From a bacterium (GTDB taxonomy: Bacteria > Bacillota_I > Bacilli_A > RFN20 > CAG-826): a stretch of 64,000 nucleotides of DNA. This document shows, piece after piece, positions 49,690 to 59,652 of this stretch. The stretch lies in assembly GCA_963638555.1 (NCBI GenBank), contig CAVHQU010000004.1, positions 65,993-129,992 on the forward strand. Direction: 5' to 3'. Position 1 is the first letter of the stretch, and the number at the start of each line of letters is the position of its first letter. Under the pieces are notes generated by a model. It searched no databases, was not told the origin of the DNA, and saw nothing but the letters and a program-made list of their open reading frames with translations. The position numbers and the translations under genes were made by a program.

Positions 49690-50284
49690 GCGTTTGCTTT
49701 ATTTCGCAAATGGAAATAACATAATCCTCATTTTGGAGTGTTTGTAGAGTGACATATTTCTCATCTCTAATGTAAAAGACTCCTTTTTTAAAAAGTATTT
49801 CGCAACCTTTTAAATTGGTGTTTAAGCCACGTCCAGTGGCTTTTAAAAAACTTTCTTTACAGGTCCAAATTCTAGTAAATGCCAAATCTTTATTCTTGTT
49901 TTTTGATATATAATTATTCTCTTCGTTCGTAAAACAAGATTGTACAATTTGCACATTTAGCTTTCTAATCTGCTCTATATCGCAGCCGACCTCGTTGTCA
50001 GAAAAGACAGCAATCGCCATTTCTCCAGAATGGGACAAATTAAAATGTATATCAGGATAATCGATTAAATATGGTTTGTCATATTTGCTATAGCCAATTC
50101 TTACTTCTGACTCTTTAAGTCTATATTCTTTTAAACCTCTTGCAAAAGCAATACCCGCGGCTAAAGAAAGCTTTTTATCTTTCTCGAACATGTAACGGCT
50201 TGCTTTTTCTTTTCTTATTAAAGAAAGAGAATCGATTTCCTCTTTAGTCATCGTATTAACATTAATGCAATAGAGTTTTACCAT
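49676..50284 (-). CDS. Sfp-type 4'-phosphopantetheinyl transferase
   Basis: Motifs GCDIEQI and WTCKESFLKATGRGL (the W..KEA..K..G.G signature). 202 aa. Confidence 0.75.
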   Translation of the reverse strand: MVKLYCINVNTMTKEEIDSLSLIRKEKASRYMFEKDKKLSLAAGIAFARGLKEYRLKESEVRIGYSKYDKPYLIDYPDIHFNLSHSGEMAIAVFSDNEVGCDIEQIRKLNVQIVQSCFTNEENNYISKNKNKDLAFTRIWTCKESFLKATGRGLNTNLKGCEILFKKGVFYIRDEKYVTLQTLQNEDYVISICEIKQTPNKR

Positions 50285-50409
50285 AAGGGATCCTAACCTT
50301 TTATATTATATGCATTGAATCTTACATAAAAAATAAAAATAAGGCATACGTGTATGAATAAAGCAATTTGATATGGCATTCATTTGATTTATGAATGTAA
50401 AATAAAAGC

Positions 50410-50718
50410 ATGGAAGAAAAACTGCATCATAGACTTAAAAAGAAAATGAAGGAAAACAATCTTTCGGCACGTCAATTGTCTATAAAAACTGGAATAAGCG
50501 AAGCAGCTCTTTCAAAATATCTTAGTGGGGTAAGAACCCCTCATATAGAAATAATTGGCAAACTAGCTGAAGCCTTAAATACGACATCGGATTATCTTCT
50601 TGGAATAGAAAAGATAGAGACCCCGTATGATCAAATAGTCGCTAAAATTAAAGAAAATAAACAATATCTCTCTTCAGAAGAGAAGATGTCGCTTATATTA
50701 TTGATTAGTGAAAAATAG
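50410..50718 (+). CDS. XRE-family HTH transcriptional regulator
   Basis: LSARQLSIKTGISEAALSKYLSGVRTP HTH. 102 aa. Confidence 0.75.
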   Translation: MEEKLHHRLKKKMKENNLSARQLSIKTGISEAALSKYLSGVRTPHIEIIGKLAEALNTTSDYLLGIEKIETPYDQIVAKIKENKQYLSSEEKMSLILLISEK

Positions 50719-50727
50719 GAGAAGATT

Positions 50728-51576
50728 ATGAAAGTAACAAACATCGATCTTTACAAATATTTTGGTTTAGATAGGCCAAGTAAATCTGCAAAGGGTATTT
50801 TACATGGAATATTTTTTGATCAAGAAACAGATGAAATGGACAAGAAACGCGTTCATCCAATGATGTTAATTTTTCCTGGAGGAGGATATTTGCAAGTATC
50901 GCATAGAGAATCCGTTCCGCCATGCTTAGCGTTCCTTAGATATGGATATAATTGTTTTTATCTCGAATACTCGACTGCTCCAAAAGATAGATATCCAACC
51001 CAACTTATTGAGGCGATGATGGCTTTAACATATTTATATAAGAAAGCTAAAGATATGAATTCCGATCCCAACAAAATAGTTGCTTGCGGTTTCTCTGCCG
51101 GTGCCCATCTTGCTGGATTATTAGCGACCGCTACCGAAGCGGAAAGGGGGCTCTTTTACCCATTAGACAAATGTGGTGCTCACTTAAAAGGAATTATATA
51201 CTCCTACCCAGTGGTTATTGAAAATGGCTGTGCCAATTCAGTCGACAATCTTCTTGGTGAGAACCACGTAAAGAAGAATTATTCATTGCTGAATCGTTTA
51301 GATGAATATGATTTGCCTTCATTTATTTGGACTGGCGCAAAGGATAAAACCGTTGATCCTGACACAAACGCAAAAGCTTTATACGAAGCAATCTTAAAGA
51401 AGAAAATACCAACGGAATTAATAATGTATCCTAATGCCGATCATGGCTATTCTACGGGGGACGTGACTACGTATTCTTTAAAAGATACCGATATTGGGCA
51501 AAGAAAAGAAGTGATTTCTTGGGTTGAAAAAGCTGCTGAGTTCTTAACAAAAAACGGTGCTGGCTTATCAAAATAA
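50728..51576 (+). CDS. Alpha/beta-hydrolase fold esterase/lipase
   Basis: HGG-like oxyanion region (FPGGGY), nucleophile elbow GFSAGAHLAG, C-terminal DH pair. Confidence 0.8.
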   Translation: MKVTNIDLYKYFGLDRPSKSAKGILHGIFFDQETDEMDKKRVHPMMLIFPGGGYLQVSHRESVPPCLAFLRYGYNCFYLEYSTAPKDRYPTQLIEAMMALTYLYKKAKDMNSDPNKIVACGFSAGAHLAGLLATATEAERGLFYPLDKCGAHLKGIIYSYPVVIENGCANSVDNLLGENHVKKNYSLLNRLDEYDLPSFIWTGAKDKTVDPDTNAKALYEAILKKKIPTELIMYPNADHGYSTGDVTTYSLKDTDIGQRKEVISWVEKAAEFLTKNGAGLSK

Positions 51577-51621
51577 AAACTTTAATGCAAAATTATCCTG
51601 AGCCGTTATAATTATATGGCT

Positions 51622-51698
51622 CGGGACATAGCACAGCTTGGTAGTGCACTTGGTTAGGGACCAAGGGGTCGAGGGTTCAAATCCCTCTGTTCCGACCA
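51622..51698 (+). tRNA. tRNA-Pro-like gene whose anticodon reads AGG
   Basis: C1-G72 acceptor pair with A73. Anticodon stem CTTGG/CCAAG with a 7-nt loop TTAGGGA (U33, A34-G35-G36, G37). T-arm GAGGG-TTCAAAT-CCCTC. Encoded CCA. Body matches Firmicute tRNA-Pro(UGG) except at position 34. Confidence 0.75.
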
Positions 51699-51866
51699 AT
51701 CGAATAATAGCAGCAGTTCATCATGAACTGCTTTTTATATTTTTATCGTGATTTATAAAAAATAATGGACCCATATATTAATATCGGAAAAATATTTTCT
51801 TTTCAATGAACGATAGATTGCTTTTAACTATTAAAAAGTCAACCTTTAGAATATAATTCTAACGAT

Positions 51867-54722
51867 ATGGATAGCAGAAAATTTATTATTGTTAAAGGGG
51901 CAAGAGAAAATAACCTCAAAAATGTTGATGTTACAATTCCAAAGGATACGTTAACTGTCTTCACAGGCCTTTCTGGTTCAGGAAAATCTACATTGGCTTT
52001 TGACACTATATATGCAGAAGGTCAAAGAAGATATGTTGAATCTCTTTCACCATACGCTAGACAATTCCTAGGTGGAGTTGACAAACCAGATGTCGACTCG
52101 ATTGAAGGATTATCACCTGCCATCTCCATTGATCAAAAGACTACATCGCATAACCCACGCTCAACTGTTGGAACCGTTACCGAGATATATGATTTCTTAC
52201 GTCTTTTGTTTGGAAGAATAGGTGTTCCTTACTGTCCAGAGCATCATGAACCTATCATTGCTTTCTCTCCTGCAAAAATGACAGATATGGTTCTTGAATA
52301 TCCCGAAGGAAGCAGAATTCAAATACTTGCTCCGGCCATCAAACACGAAAAAGGGCAACACAAAGATATCTTGGATACCATCAAGAAAGCGGGCTTCACT
52401 CGTCTAAGGGTTGATGGAGAATTCTTGCTTGTTGAAGACGTTAAAGAATTAGACAAAAACAAAAGACACGACATTGATATTGTCATCGACCGTATAGTTG
52501 TCAAAGGTGGCATTCGTTCACGCGTTGCCGAAGATATCGATTTAGCTCTTAATTATGGACATGGGTATGTTATTTTATATACAAATGAATCTGAAAAATT
52601 GATTTCTAGCAACCATACATGCCCAATATGTGGTTTCTCCGTTCCAAAGCTTGAACCTAGATTATTTTCTTTCAATGCCCCTCAAGGATACTGCCCTACA
52701 TGCCACGGCTTGGGTATATCTCGTGCTGTTTCTGAAGATCTTTTGGTTCCGGATCCTAGCAAAACAATTGATGAAGGTGCAATTCGTTATTATAAGAACA
52801 TTATTCATACATCTAATCTAGAATGGCAAGAATTTAAATATCTTTTAGATGCTTATAAGATACCGACAAATGTTCCATACAAAGATTTGACGACTAAGCA
52901 AAAACAAATAATTCTATTCGGATCTGATAAACCATTGGATCACGTTTTAACGACGGTTAATGGTAATAAGATGAACAAACGTGGCTACATTGAAGGGGTT
53001 AAAACGTTCATAGAAAGAAGGTATAGAGACACCACATCAAAATGGATGTTACCATATTACGAATCTTTTATGCGTGATGACGTATGCGAAGCATGCCACG
53101 GTGCAAGATTAAACAAAGAAGTTCTTTCTGTGCTGGTTAATGGGTTAAACATTTATCAAGTTACTCAATTAACAATAGATAAACTCATTGAATGGATAAA
53201 AGATACGCGTACCAAGTTAAATGAGCAAGAAATGACAATTGCGAGACTTGTTTTGCAAGAAATTGAAAATAGGGCTCAGTTCTTAGCGGATGTAGGCATC
53301 GATTATCTAACCTTAGACCGTTTGGCTATGACCCTTTCCGGAGGAGAGGCGCAACGTATCCGTTTGGCGACACAAATTGGTTCAAAACTATCAGGTGTCC
53401 TCTATGTTTTGGATGAACCATCTATTGGCTTGCACCAAAGAGACAATGACAAATTAATTAAGACGATGAAAGAAATGAGGGATTTGGGAAATACCCTTAT
53501 CGTTGTCGAACATGACGAAGACACTATGCGTGCAGCTGATTATCTTGTTGATATTGGCCCAGGGGCAGGAGTGCATGGCGGCCAAGTTGTTGCGGCGGGC
53601 ACACCAGATGAGGTTATGCATAATGAATCATCTATCACTGGCGATTATCTTGCTGGCAGAAAATTTATTCCCATTCCTAAAACAAGAAGAAAAGGCAATG
53701 GCAAGAAAATTACCATCAAAGGTTGTTCTTGCCACAATCTTCAAAATATCAATGTTGAATTTCCACTAGGAAAATTAATTTTGATAACTGGCGTTTCTGG
53801 TTCAGGAAAATCCTCATTGATAAACGAAACATTAGAAAAAATACTTGCTAAGAAACTGAATAAAGAAGAATGCACACCCGGCGAATACAAGAGCGTTAGT
53901 GGCCTTCAATACGTTGATAAAGTCGTAAACGTTGATCAACAACCGATTGGCAGAACGCCGCGTTCCAACCCTGCAACGTATATTAAATTATTTGACGACA
54001 TACGTTCATTGTTTGCTGAAACCACGGAGGCTAAAGAGAGAGGCTTTGATAAAGGAAGATTCTCTTTTAACGTTCCTGGTGGTAGATGCGAGAAATGCCA
54101 AGGCGCTGGCGTTACATGGGTTCCAATGAATTTCTTGCCTGATGTCTATGTCAAATGTGACGAATGTGATGGGAAACGCTACAATCAAGAAACTCTTTCT
54201 TGCTACTACAAAGGAAAGAACATCTATGATGTTTTAGAAATGAGAGTAGAAGAGGCTATGCATTTCTTTGAAAATAGGCCAATTATTTATCGCCGTGTCA
54301 AAGCATTATATGATGTAGGTCTCGGCTATGTTAAACTTGGACAGCCCGCAACGACGTTATCTGGCGGCGAAGCTCAACGCGTTAAATTGGCAAACGAACT
54401 TCAAAAGAAGCCTACGGGCAAAACTGTTTATATTCTTGATGAACCAACAACTGGTTTACACACAGATGATGTAAAACGCTTGATACGTGTACTAGAAAAC
54501 CTTGTCGATCATGGTGACACTGTCATTGTCATCGAGCATAACTTGGATATGATTAAGGTTGCTGATTACATTATCGATATCGGTCCTGAAGGCGGGTACC
54601 GTGGGGGACAAATAGTAGCAACTGGCACGCCTGAAGAAGTTGCCGAAAACCCGAATAGCTACACAGGCAAATACTTAAAACCATTGCTTGAAAAAGCAAA
54701 AAAGAACAATCAATACGAATAA
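51867..54722 (+). CDS. uvrA: Excinuclease ABC subunit A
   Basis: Two ABC ATPase modules ([18 protein letters not shown]) and Zn-finger cysteine clusters. 951 aa. Confidence 0.97.
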   Translation: MDSRKFIIVKGARENNLKNVDVTIPKDTLTVFTGLSGSGKSTLAFDTIYAEGQRRYVESLSPYARQFLGGVDKPDVDSIEGLSPAISIDQKTTSHNPRSTVGTVTEIYDFLRLLFGRIGVPYCPEHHEPIIAFSPAKMTDMVLEYPEGSRIQILAPAIKHEKGQHKDILDTIKKAGFTRLRVDGEFLLVEDVKELDKNKRHDIDIVIDRIVVKGGIRSRVAEDIDLALNYGHGYVILYTNESEKLISSNHTCPICGFSVPKLEPRLFSFNAPQGYCPTCHGLGISRAVSEDLLVPDPSKTIDEGAIRYYKNIIHTSNLEWQEFKYLLDAYKIPTNVPYKDLTTKQKQIILFGSDKPLDHVLTTVNGNKMNKRGYIEGVKTFIERRYRDTTSKWMLPYYESFMRDDVCEACHGARLNKEVLSVLVNGLNIYQVTQLTIDKLIEWIKDTRTKLNEQEMTIARLVLQEIENRAQFLADVGIDYLTLDRLAMTLSGGEAQRIRLATQIGSKLSGVLYVLDEPSIGLHQRDNDKLIKTMKEMRDLGNTLIVVEHDEDTMRAADYLVDIGPGAGVHGGQVVAAGTPDEVMHNESSITGDYLAGRKFIPIPKTRRKGNGKKITIKGCSCHNLQNINVEFPLGKLILITGVSGSGKSSLINETLEKILAKKLNKEECTPGEYKSVSGLQYVDKVVNVDQQPIGRTPRSNPATYIKLFDDIRSLFAETTEAKERGFDKGRFSFNVPGGRCEKCQGAGVTWVPMNFLPDVYVKCDECDGKRYNQETLSCYYKGKNIYDVLEMRVEEAMHFFENRPIIYRRVKALYDVGLGYVKLGQPATTLSGGEAQRVKLANELQKKPTGKTVYILDEPTTGLHTDDVKRLIRVLENLVDHGDTVIVIEHNLDMIKVADYIIDIGPEGGYRGGQIVATGTPEEVAENPNSYTGKYLKPLLEKAKKNNQYE

Positions 54723-54734
54723 GAAGGAGAAATT

Positions 54735-56558
54735 ATGACTACAACTGGAATCATTTCATTAATTATTGGCTTAGTCCTTATTGCTGGCTCTTTCTTTTTT
54801 GTGATAAAGGACACCCTATCATTCGTAAAAAACAGTTTGCTTTTGCGATTAGAAAAGAAGGAACTGCTCCGCTATGGAATCTATATTGGAGTTGCTGGCT
54901 TAGGCTTTTTAGCGCTGCTTTTATCTACGTTTTTATGTCATCCGGAATGGAAGGACATAAATGTTCATACAACGGGGGTTTACGAAGGCGAAGCGATTAA
55001 TTATGCTGGCAATTATGCTTTAACAGTCATTGGCGGATTCTTCTTTGGCGGATCTTTGGCTTTATTTGTCCCGACTTTTTGGGTTCATCTTTTCAAAGAA
55101 AAAATAGACGAAAGGCAGAAGAAATTCATTAGAATATTATACTATGTCTCCATTCCTTTACTTATTTGTTCTTTTTGGATGTGGTCCGAAGGCTTAGCTG
55201 ATTATATCTATTATCCATTGCCAAATGGCATATCCATCACAGGAAATGGTTTTGAAACGTCTACATCCCATAGCAATCCTGGTGGATTCCACGTCGCTTT
55301 TTACGGAGTTGTTATTTTAATCGGTGCATTAATGTGCTTATTTGTTTCAGATCAAAGAATGTATAAACGTTATCATAAACATGGTCTGCTCGAAATTATT
55401 TTTGTTGTTGCTTTCCCTGCCGGCATTGTTGGCGCCCGCGTCTGGTATGTCGTTGGAAACTGGTCTAGAGAATTTGCCCAAAGGGATTTCTACCATGTCT
55501 TTGAAATTTGGAACGGCGGATTAACTATTCTTGGTGGAGCTTTCTTTGGCATTTTAGTTGGCGCTTTAATGGCTAGATTCTCCAAAAAGAAATTAGACGC
55601 AAGGTGGACGGTTGATGAAGTAGTACCGACCGTCTTAATTGGCCAAGCTGTTGGTAGATGGGGAAACTTCTTTAACAATGAAGTATACGGACGCACTGTA
55701 TCAGTTGATTACTTCAGATGGCTTCCTACGTGGTTGGTTGAGCAAATGCATATCTCAACTCCTGGCGCTGCAAACGCTACGGCAGGTGCTGGAATGATAT
55801 ACGTCCCTCTCTTTTTAATTGAATCGGTTCTTTCTATTGCCGGTTATTTCATAATTCAATACGTTGTCGGGAAAGCTTTAAATAAATGGACTGCCAAAGG
55901 TGATAGAGTTGGTTGCTATTTCTTATGGTATGGCATTGTCCGTGTAATTATGGAACCATTCCGCGATACGAATTTCAATATGGGAACTGATAACGCTTGG
56001 AGCATCTGCAATTCGTTAATCTATATTCTTATTGGTATTGTAATTATTGCTGCCGCTCATTTGCATGACTATTACATGAAAAATAAAAATGGCTCATTCT
56101 TGCCGCTTGTTTCGGCAGGAATCCTCTTACCAACGTTTGTTTTCCCTCTTTTGCCATCTTTGACCACATCATCTGACAAAGATGGTGCAGGAACAATTGT
56201 TTCCTATAATGGTTATGATTTGTTATTTACTGGCAAAACTCCATTATTACTAGCTGCATTTATCATTTTAGGGATAGCAACCATCGTATTCGTTGCCTCT
56301 TATTTCATTATCAAAAAAAGCAAAAAAATAGGTTATTATGTTCTTTTAAGTGGCGGAGTCTTATCTTTTGCTGCGATGATTCTTTACTTGATCGGAAAGA
56401 ATGTAAACAATTTCGAAAACAATTTATACGTTAACCTGTCTTATGGATTTATCTTGTCTATTGCATTTGCTTTGATGTCATTAGCGATTGCCTTTATATA
56501 TTTAAGAGACACGAAAGTGTTAGAAAAGATGGAGGCGAATCATGATGAGGGAAACTAA
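54735..56558 (+). CDS. lgt: Prolipoprotein diacylglyceryl transferase with long N- and C-terminal membrane extensions
   Basis: Lgt signature GRWGNFFNNEVYG and an H..E.W.GG block in a central core of about 270 aa. About 200 aa of extra TM helices flank it on each side. 607 aa in total. Confidence 0.8.
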   Translation: MTTTGIISLIIGLVLIAGSFFFVIKDTLSFVKNSLLLRLEKKELLRYGIYIGVAGLGFLALLLSTFLCHPEWKDINVHTTGVYEGEAINYAGNYALTVIGGFFFGGSLALFVPTFWVHLFKEKIDERQKKFIRILYYVSIPLLICSFWMWSEGLADYIYYPLPNGISITGNGFETSTSHSNPGGFHVAFYGVVILIGALMCLFVSDQRMYKRYHKHGLLEIIFVVAFPAGIVGARVWYVVGNWSREFAQRDFYHVFEIWNGGLTILGGAFFGILVGALMARFSKKKLDARWTVDEVVPTVLIGQAVGRWGNFFNNEVYGRTVSVDYFRWLPTWLVEQMHISTPGAANATAGAGMIYVPLFLIESVLSIAGYFIIQYVVGKALNKWTAKGDRVGCYFLWYGIVRVIMEPFRDTNFNMGTDNAWSICNSLIYILIGIVIIAAAHLHDYYMKNKNGSFLPLVSAGILLPTFVFPLLPSLTTSSDKDGAGTIVSYNGYDLLFTGKTPLLLAAFIILGIATIVFVASYFIIKKSKKIGYYVLLSGGVLSFAAMILYLIGKNVNNFENNLYVNLSYGFILSIAFALMSLAIAFIYLRDTKVLEKMEANHDEGN

Positions 56559-57465
56559 CGTCGTTATTATTGGTGCTGGTCCTGCGGGGATTACGGCCGC
56601 TTTGTATCTAAAAAGAGCTAACGTCTCATTTATTTGGCTTGAAAAATCAATGCCTGGTGGTAAATTGGTTAACCTAGCAGAAGTTGGAAATTATCCTGGT
56701 CTTCCAGCCGAAGATGGTTTTACTTTGGCTAGTAACATGCTTAAATCTGCATATGACGCAGGTGCTCAGCTTGAAGCCGAAGAGGTTTTTGAAGTTCGAA
56801 AAGAAGACAGCCATTTCGTCATTAAAACGAATAAAGAGGATATCAATTCTAAGACGGTTTTAGTTGGAACTGGTCTCTCAAATGTTATTTCAATTAAGGG
56901 TGAAAAAGAATTTTTTGGTAAAGGGGTGTCTTATTGTGCGACATGCGATGGGCCTCTTTTAAGAAAAAAGACCGCTGTAATTTATGGGAAAGGCGATCGC
57001 GTATTGGAGGAGTCTTTATACTTAGCGAATATCGTTGCGAAATTGTATGTGATAACGCCTGACCCTGAATATGAGGGTTCAGAAAATCTCTTGAATACCT
57101 TGAAAGAAAAAAACAATGTTGAGTTTATTTGCTCTTCAAAGGTCATTTCAATTAACGGCGATAAATTTGTTAATTCGATTACTTATTCAAACGGAAAAGA
57201 AGAAAAAACAATTGAGACATGTATGATTTTTCCATTTGCTGGCGAAAGAAGCGCGTCAAAATTTTTATCTCCTTTAAATGTAAAAACAGACAGAAACTTC
57301 ATTATTGTGGATGATTCAATGATGACTAATGTTCCAGGTCTTTTTGCTGCAGGTGACGTTGTTGCTAAAAAATTACGCCAAGCAATTACTGCCGCTTCGG
57401 ATGGCGCGGTTGCCTCAAGCGGAATTATTTCCTATTTAAATAAACTCAAGAGAGAAACGAAATGA
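56542..57465 (+). CDS. Thioredoxin-reductase-like flavoprotein (CxxC disulfide reductase)
   Basis: FAD motif GAGPAG, redox-active CATC, FAAGDV. The NADPH site is degenerate: GKGDRV replaces GGGNTA, and there is no HRR(D)xxR. Confidence 0.8.
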   Translation: MMRETNVVIIGAGPAGITAALYLKRANVSFIWLEKSMPGGKLVNLAEVGNYPGLPAEDGFTLASNMLKSAYDAGAQLEAEEVFEVRKEDSHFVIKTNKEDINSKTVLVGTGLSNVISIKGEKEFFGKGVSYCATCDGPLLRKKTAVIYGKGDRVLEESLYLANIVAKLYVITPDPEYEGSENLLNTLKEKNNVEFICSSKVISINGDKFVNSITYSNGKEEKTIETCMIFPFAGERSASKFLSPLNVKTDRNFIIVDDSMMTNVPGLFAAGDVVAKKLRQAITAASDGAVASSGIISYLNKLKRETK

Positions 57466-58427
57466 AAAAAACAGGAGGCATTTCATTTGCCGAAAAAGTA
57501 AAAGAAGAAAGTGCTAGATCAGAAAGAGACGATGAAGAGAAACGTTCGTTGCTTTCTGCTTTTATTCGTTTAAATGGTTATTTGTCTATAAAAGAAGGAG
57601 CTCAAAGACTAGATATATCTTCGGAATCTTCTTCGATTGCTAAAGCCATATATCAATACCTTCATGATTTATATGGCGTAAATGCTCGCTTTGCATATAC
57701 ACGCTCTGCAGGATTTTTAAAAAGAATCGTTTATCATGTTTTGTTAGAAAAAGAGCCTGAAGACATTTTAAATGATTTAGGCGTCGATTATTTTTTCATT
57801 GAGAATCCTAAAAACCTAGTTGTTAATCAAAATCAAATTGGTGCTTATTTGACTGGTGCGTTTTTAGCTAAGGGCTCAATGAACAGTCCAAAATCATCTT
57901 CATACCATTTAGAGTTCTCTTTTAGAGACCAAAATTATGCTAAGTGGATTATGAAACTCTTACAACATTATCCATTTCGCCAATTTAGTGCAAAACTCGT
58001 TCAGAGAAGAAACCAGTATGTTGTTTATTTAAAAAGAAGCGATGAAATTTCAGACTTTCTAATTATTTTGAAAGCAAAAGAATCTTGCTTAGAATTCGAA
58101 AATGTTCGGGTTGAAAGAGATTTTGCTAATGTTACAAATAGATTGAGCAATTTAGATTCGGCCAATTATTCCAAAACCCTTAAATCAAGCGAACTTCAAA
58201 TTGAGGAAATTAATTATTTTGTCGATAAATTAGGATGGGATGGCATCCAAAATGAAAAATTAAAGACTCTAATGAAACTTAGGCTTGATCATCCAGATGC
58301 ATCGCTTAACGAACTTGCAACATTACTATCGGAAGAGTTGAATACTACCATTTCTCGCAGCAACATTAATCATTTATTCCGCCATTTGAATGAGGAATAC
58401 AAGGCGGCTAAAGGCGATAAGAAATAA
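57462..58427 (+). CDS. whiA: WhiA-family DNA-binding protein
   Basis: N-terminal FAEKVKEE...LLSAFIRLNG, degenerate LAGLIDADG-like YLTGAFLAKGS, C-terminal HTH. ATGA overlap with the upstream gene. Confidence 0.85.
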   Translation: MKKTGGISFAEKVKEESARSERDDEEKRSLLSAFIRLNGYLSIKEGAQRLDISSESSSIAKAIYQYLHDLYGVNARFAYTRSAGFLKRIVYHVLLEKEPEDILNDLGVDYFFIENPKNLVVNQNQIGAYLTGAFLAKGSMNSPKSSSYHLEFSFRDQNYAKWIMKLLQHYPFRQFSAKLVQRRNQYVVYLKRSDEISDFLIILKAKESCLEFENVRVERDFANVTNRLSNLDSANYSKTLKSSELQIEEINYFVDKLGWDGIQNEKLKTLMKLRLDHPDASLNELATLLSEELNTTISRSNINHLFRHLNEEYKAAKGDKK

Positions 58428-58497
58428 CTTTTTTAGCGCTATTAGAAAATTTACCGATTTATCAATGTGTATTTTCTTTTATTTTCTCTTTTAGCTT

Positions 58498-58506
58498 TGC
58501 TATAAT
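58498..58506 (+). promoter_or_regulatory. Extended -10 promoter element upstream of gap
   Basis: TGcTATAAT about 35 nt upstream of the AAGGAGG RBS. No good -35. Confidence 0.35.
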
Positions 58507-58541
58507 ACATTCGCAGTTTAAAAAGGAGGACATAAAGTAAC

Positions 58542-59573
58542 ATGTCAATTAAACTAGCTATTAACGGATTCGGTAGAATCGGCCGTCTCGCCTTCCGTCG
58601 CGCTTATGAAAGTGGCGAATTCGAAGTTGTTGCAATCAATGACTTAGTTGATGCAAAAACTCTTGCTTATCTCTTAAAATACGATTCAACACATGGTGTC
58701 TGGAACAAGGACGAAATTGATGCTGATGAAACAAACATCATCTTCAAAGGACACAAGATCCCAGTTCTCGGAAAGAAAGATCCAAAAGAACTCGAATGGG
58801 GCAAATACGGTGTCGATGTTGTCTTAGAATGCACAGGCCGCTTAAAGAGCCACGAAGATGGTGATGTCCATCTCCACAATGGTGCAAAAGGTGTTATCAT
58901 CTCTGCTCCATCTTCATCCAAAGACATCCCAACATATGTCTATGGTGTTAACACAGACAAGCTCACAGCTGATCAAACAATCATCTCTGGCGCATCTTGC
59001 ACAACAAACTGCTTAGCTCCAGTTATGAAAGTTCTCAATGACAAATTTGGTGTCATCGGTGGAACTATGACAACTGTTCACGCTTATACAAATGACCAAA
59101 GAATTCTTGATCTCGCTGGAAGCAACCTCCGTAGATCCCGTGCAGCTGCTGCAAACATTGTTCCAACAACAACAGGCGCTGCAAAAGCTATCGGCAAAGT
59201 CATCCCTGAACTCAATGGCTGCTTAAATGGCAATGCTATCCGTGTTCCAGTTCAAGATGGTTCCCTTTGCGATTGCACAATCGAACTCAAAGATGAAAAT
59301 GTCACCGTTGAAGCAATCAACGCTGCCATGAAAGAAGCTGCCAATGGTGAACTCAAAGGCATCCTTGGATACAATGAAGATGAAATCGTTTCTTCCGATA
59401 TCCTTGGCAATACTTATGGTTCAATCTTCGATGCAACTATGACAATGATCGTCGAAACTCCAGAACACAAGAAGTTCGTCAAGGTCGTTGCATGGTATGA
59501 CAACGAATACAGTTTCACTTCCCAATACGTCCGTCTTGCTGGCTTATATGGCAAGATCCTTGGCGCAAAATAA
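58542..59573 (+). CDS. gap: Glyceraldehyde-3-phosphate dehydrogenase
   Basis: NGFGRIGR NAD motif and the catalytic SCTTNC. Confidence 0.97.
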   Translation: MSIKLAINGFGRIGRLAFRRAYESGEFEVVAINDLVDAKTLAYLLKYDSTHGVWNKDEIDADETNIIFKGHKIPVLGKKDPKELEWGKYGVDVVLECTGRLKSHEDGDVHLHNGAKGVIISAPSSSKDIPTYVYGVNTDKLTADQTIISGASCTTNCLAPVMKVLNDKFGVIGGTMTTVHAYTNDQRILDLAGSNLRRSRAAAANIVPTTTGAAKAIGKVIPELNGCLNGNAIRVPVQDGSLCDCTIELKDENVTVEAINAAMKEAANGELKGILGYNEDEIVSSDILGNTYGSIFDATMTMIVETPEHKKFVKVVAWYDNEYSFTSQYVRLAGLYGKILGAK

Positions 59574-59593
59574 GGAAATTCAACTGAAAAATT

Positions 59594-59624
59594 AGACTCT
59601 GATTTGCTTCAGAGTCTTTTTTTG
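59594..59624 (+). terminator. Rho-independent terminator after gap
   Basis: AGACTCTGA-tttgct-TCAGAGTCT followed by TTTTTTT. Confidence 0.55.
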
Positions 59625-59652
59625 TTTTCAAACAGTCTTTATAATCTTTGAG

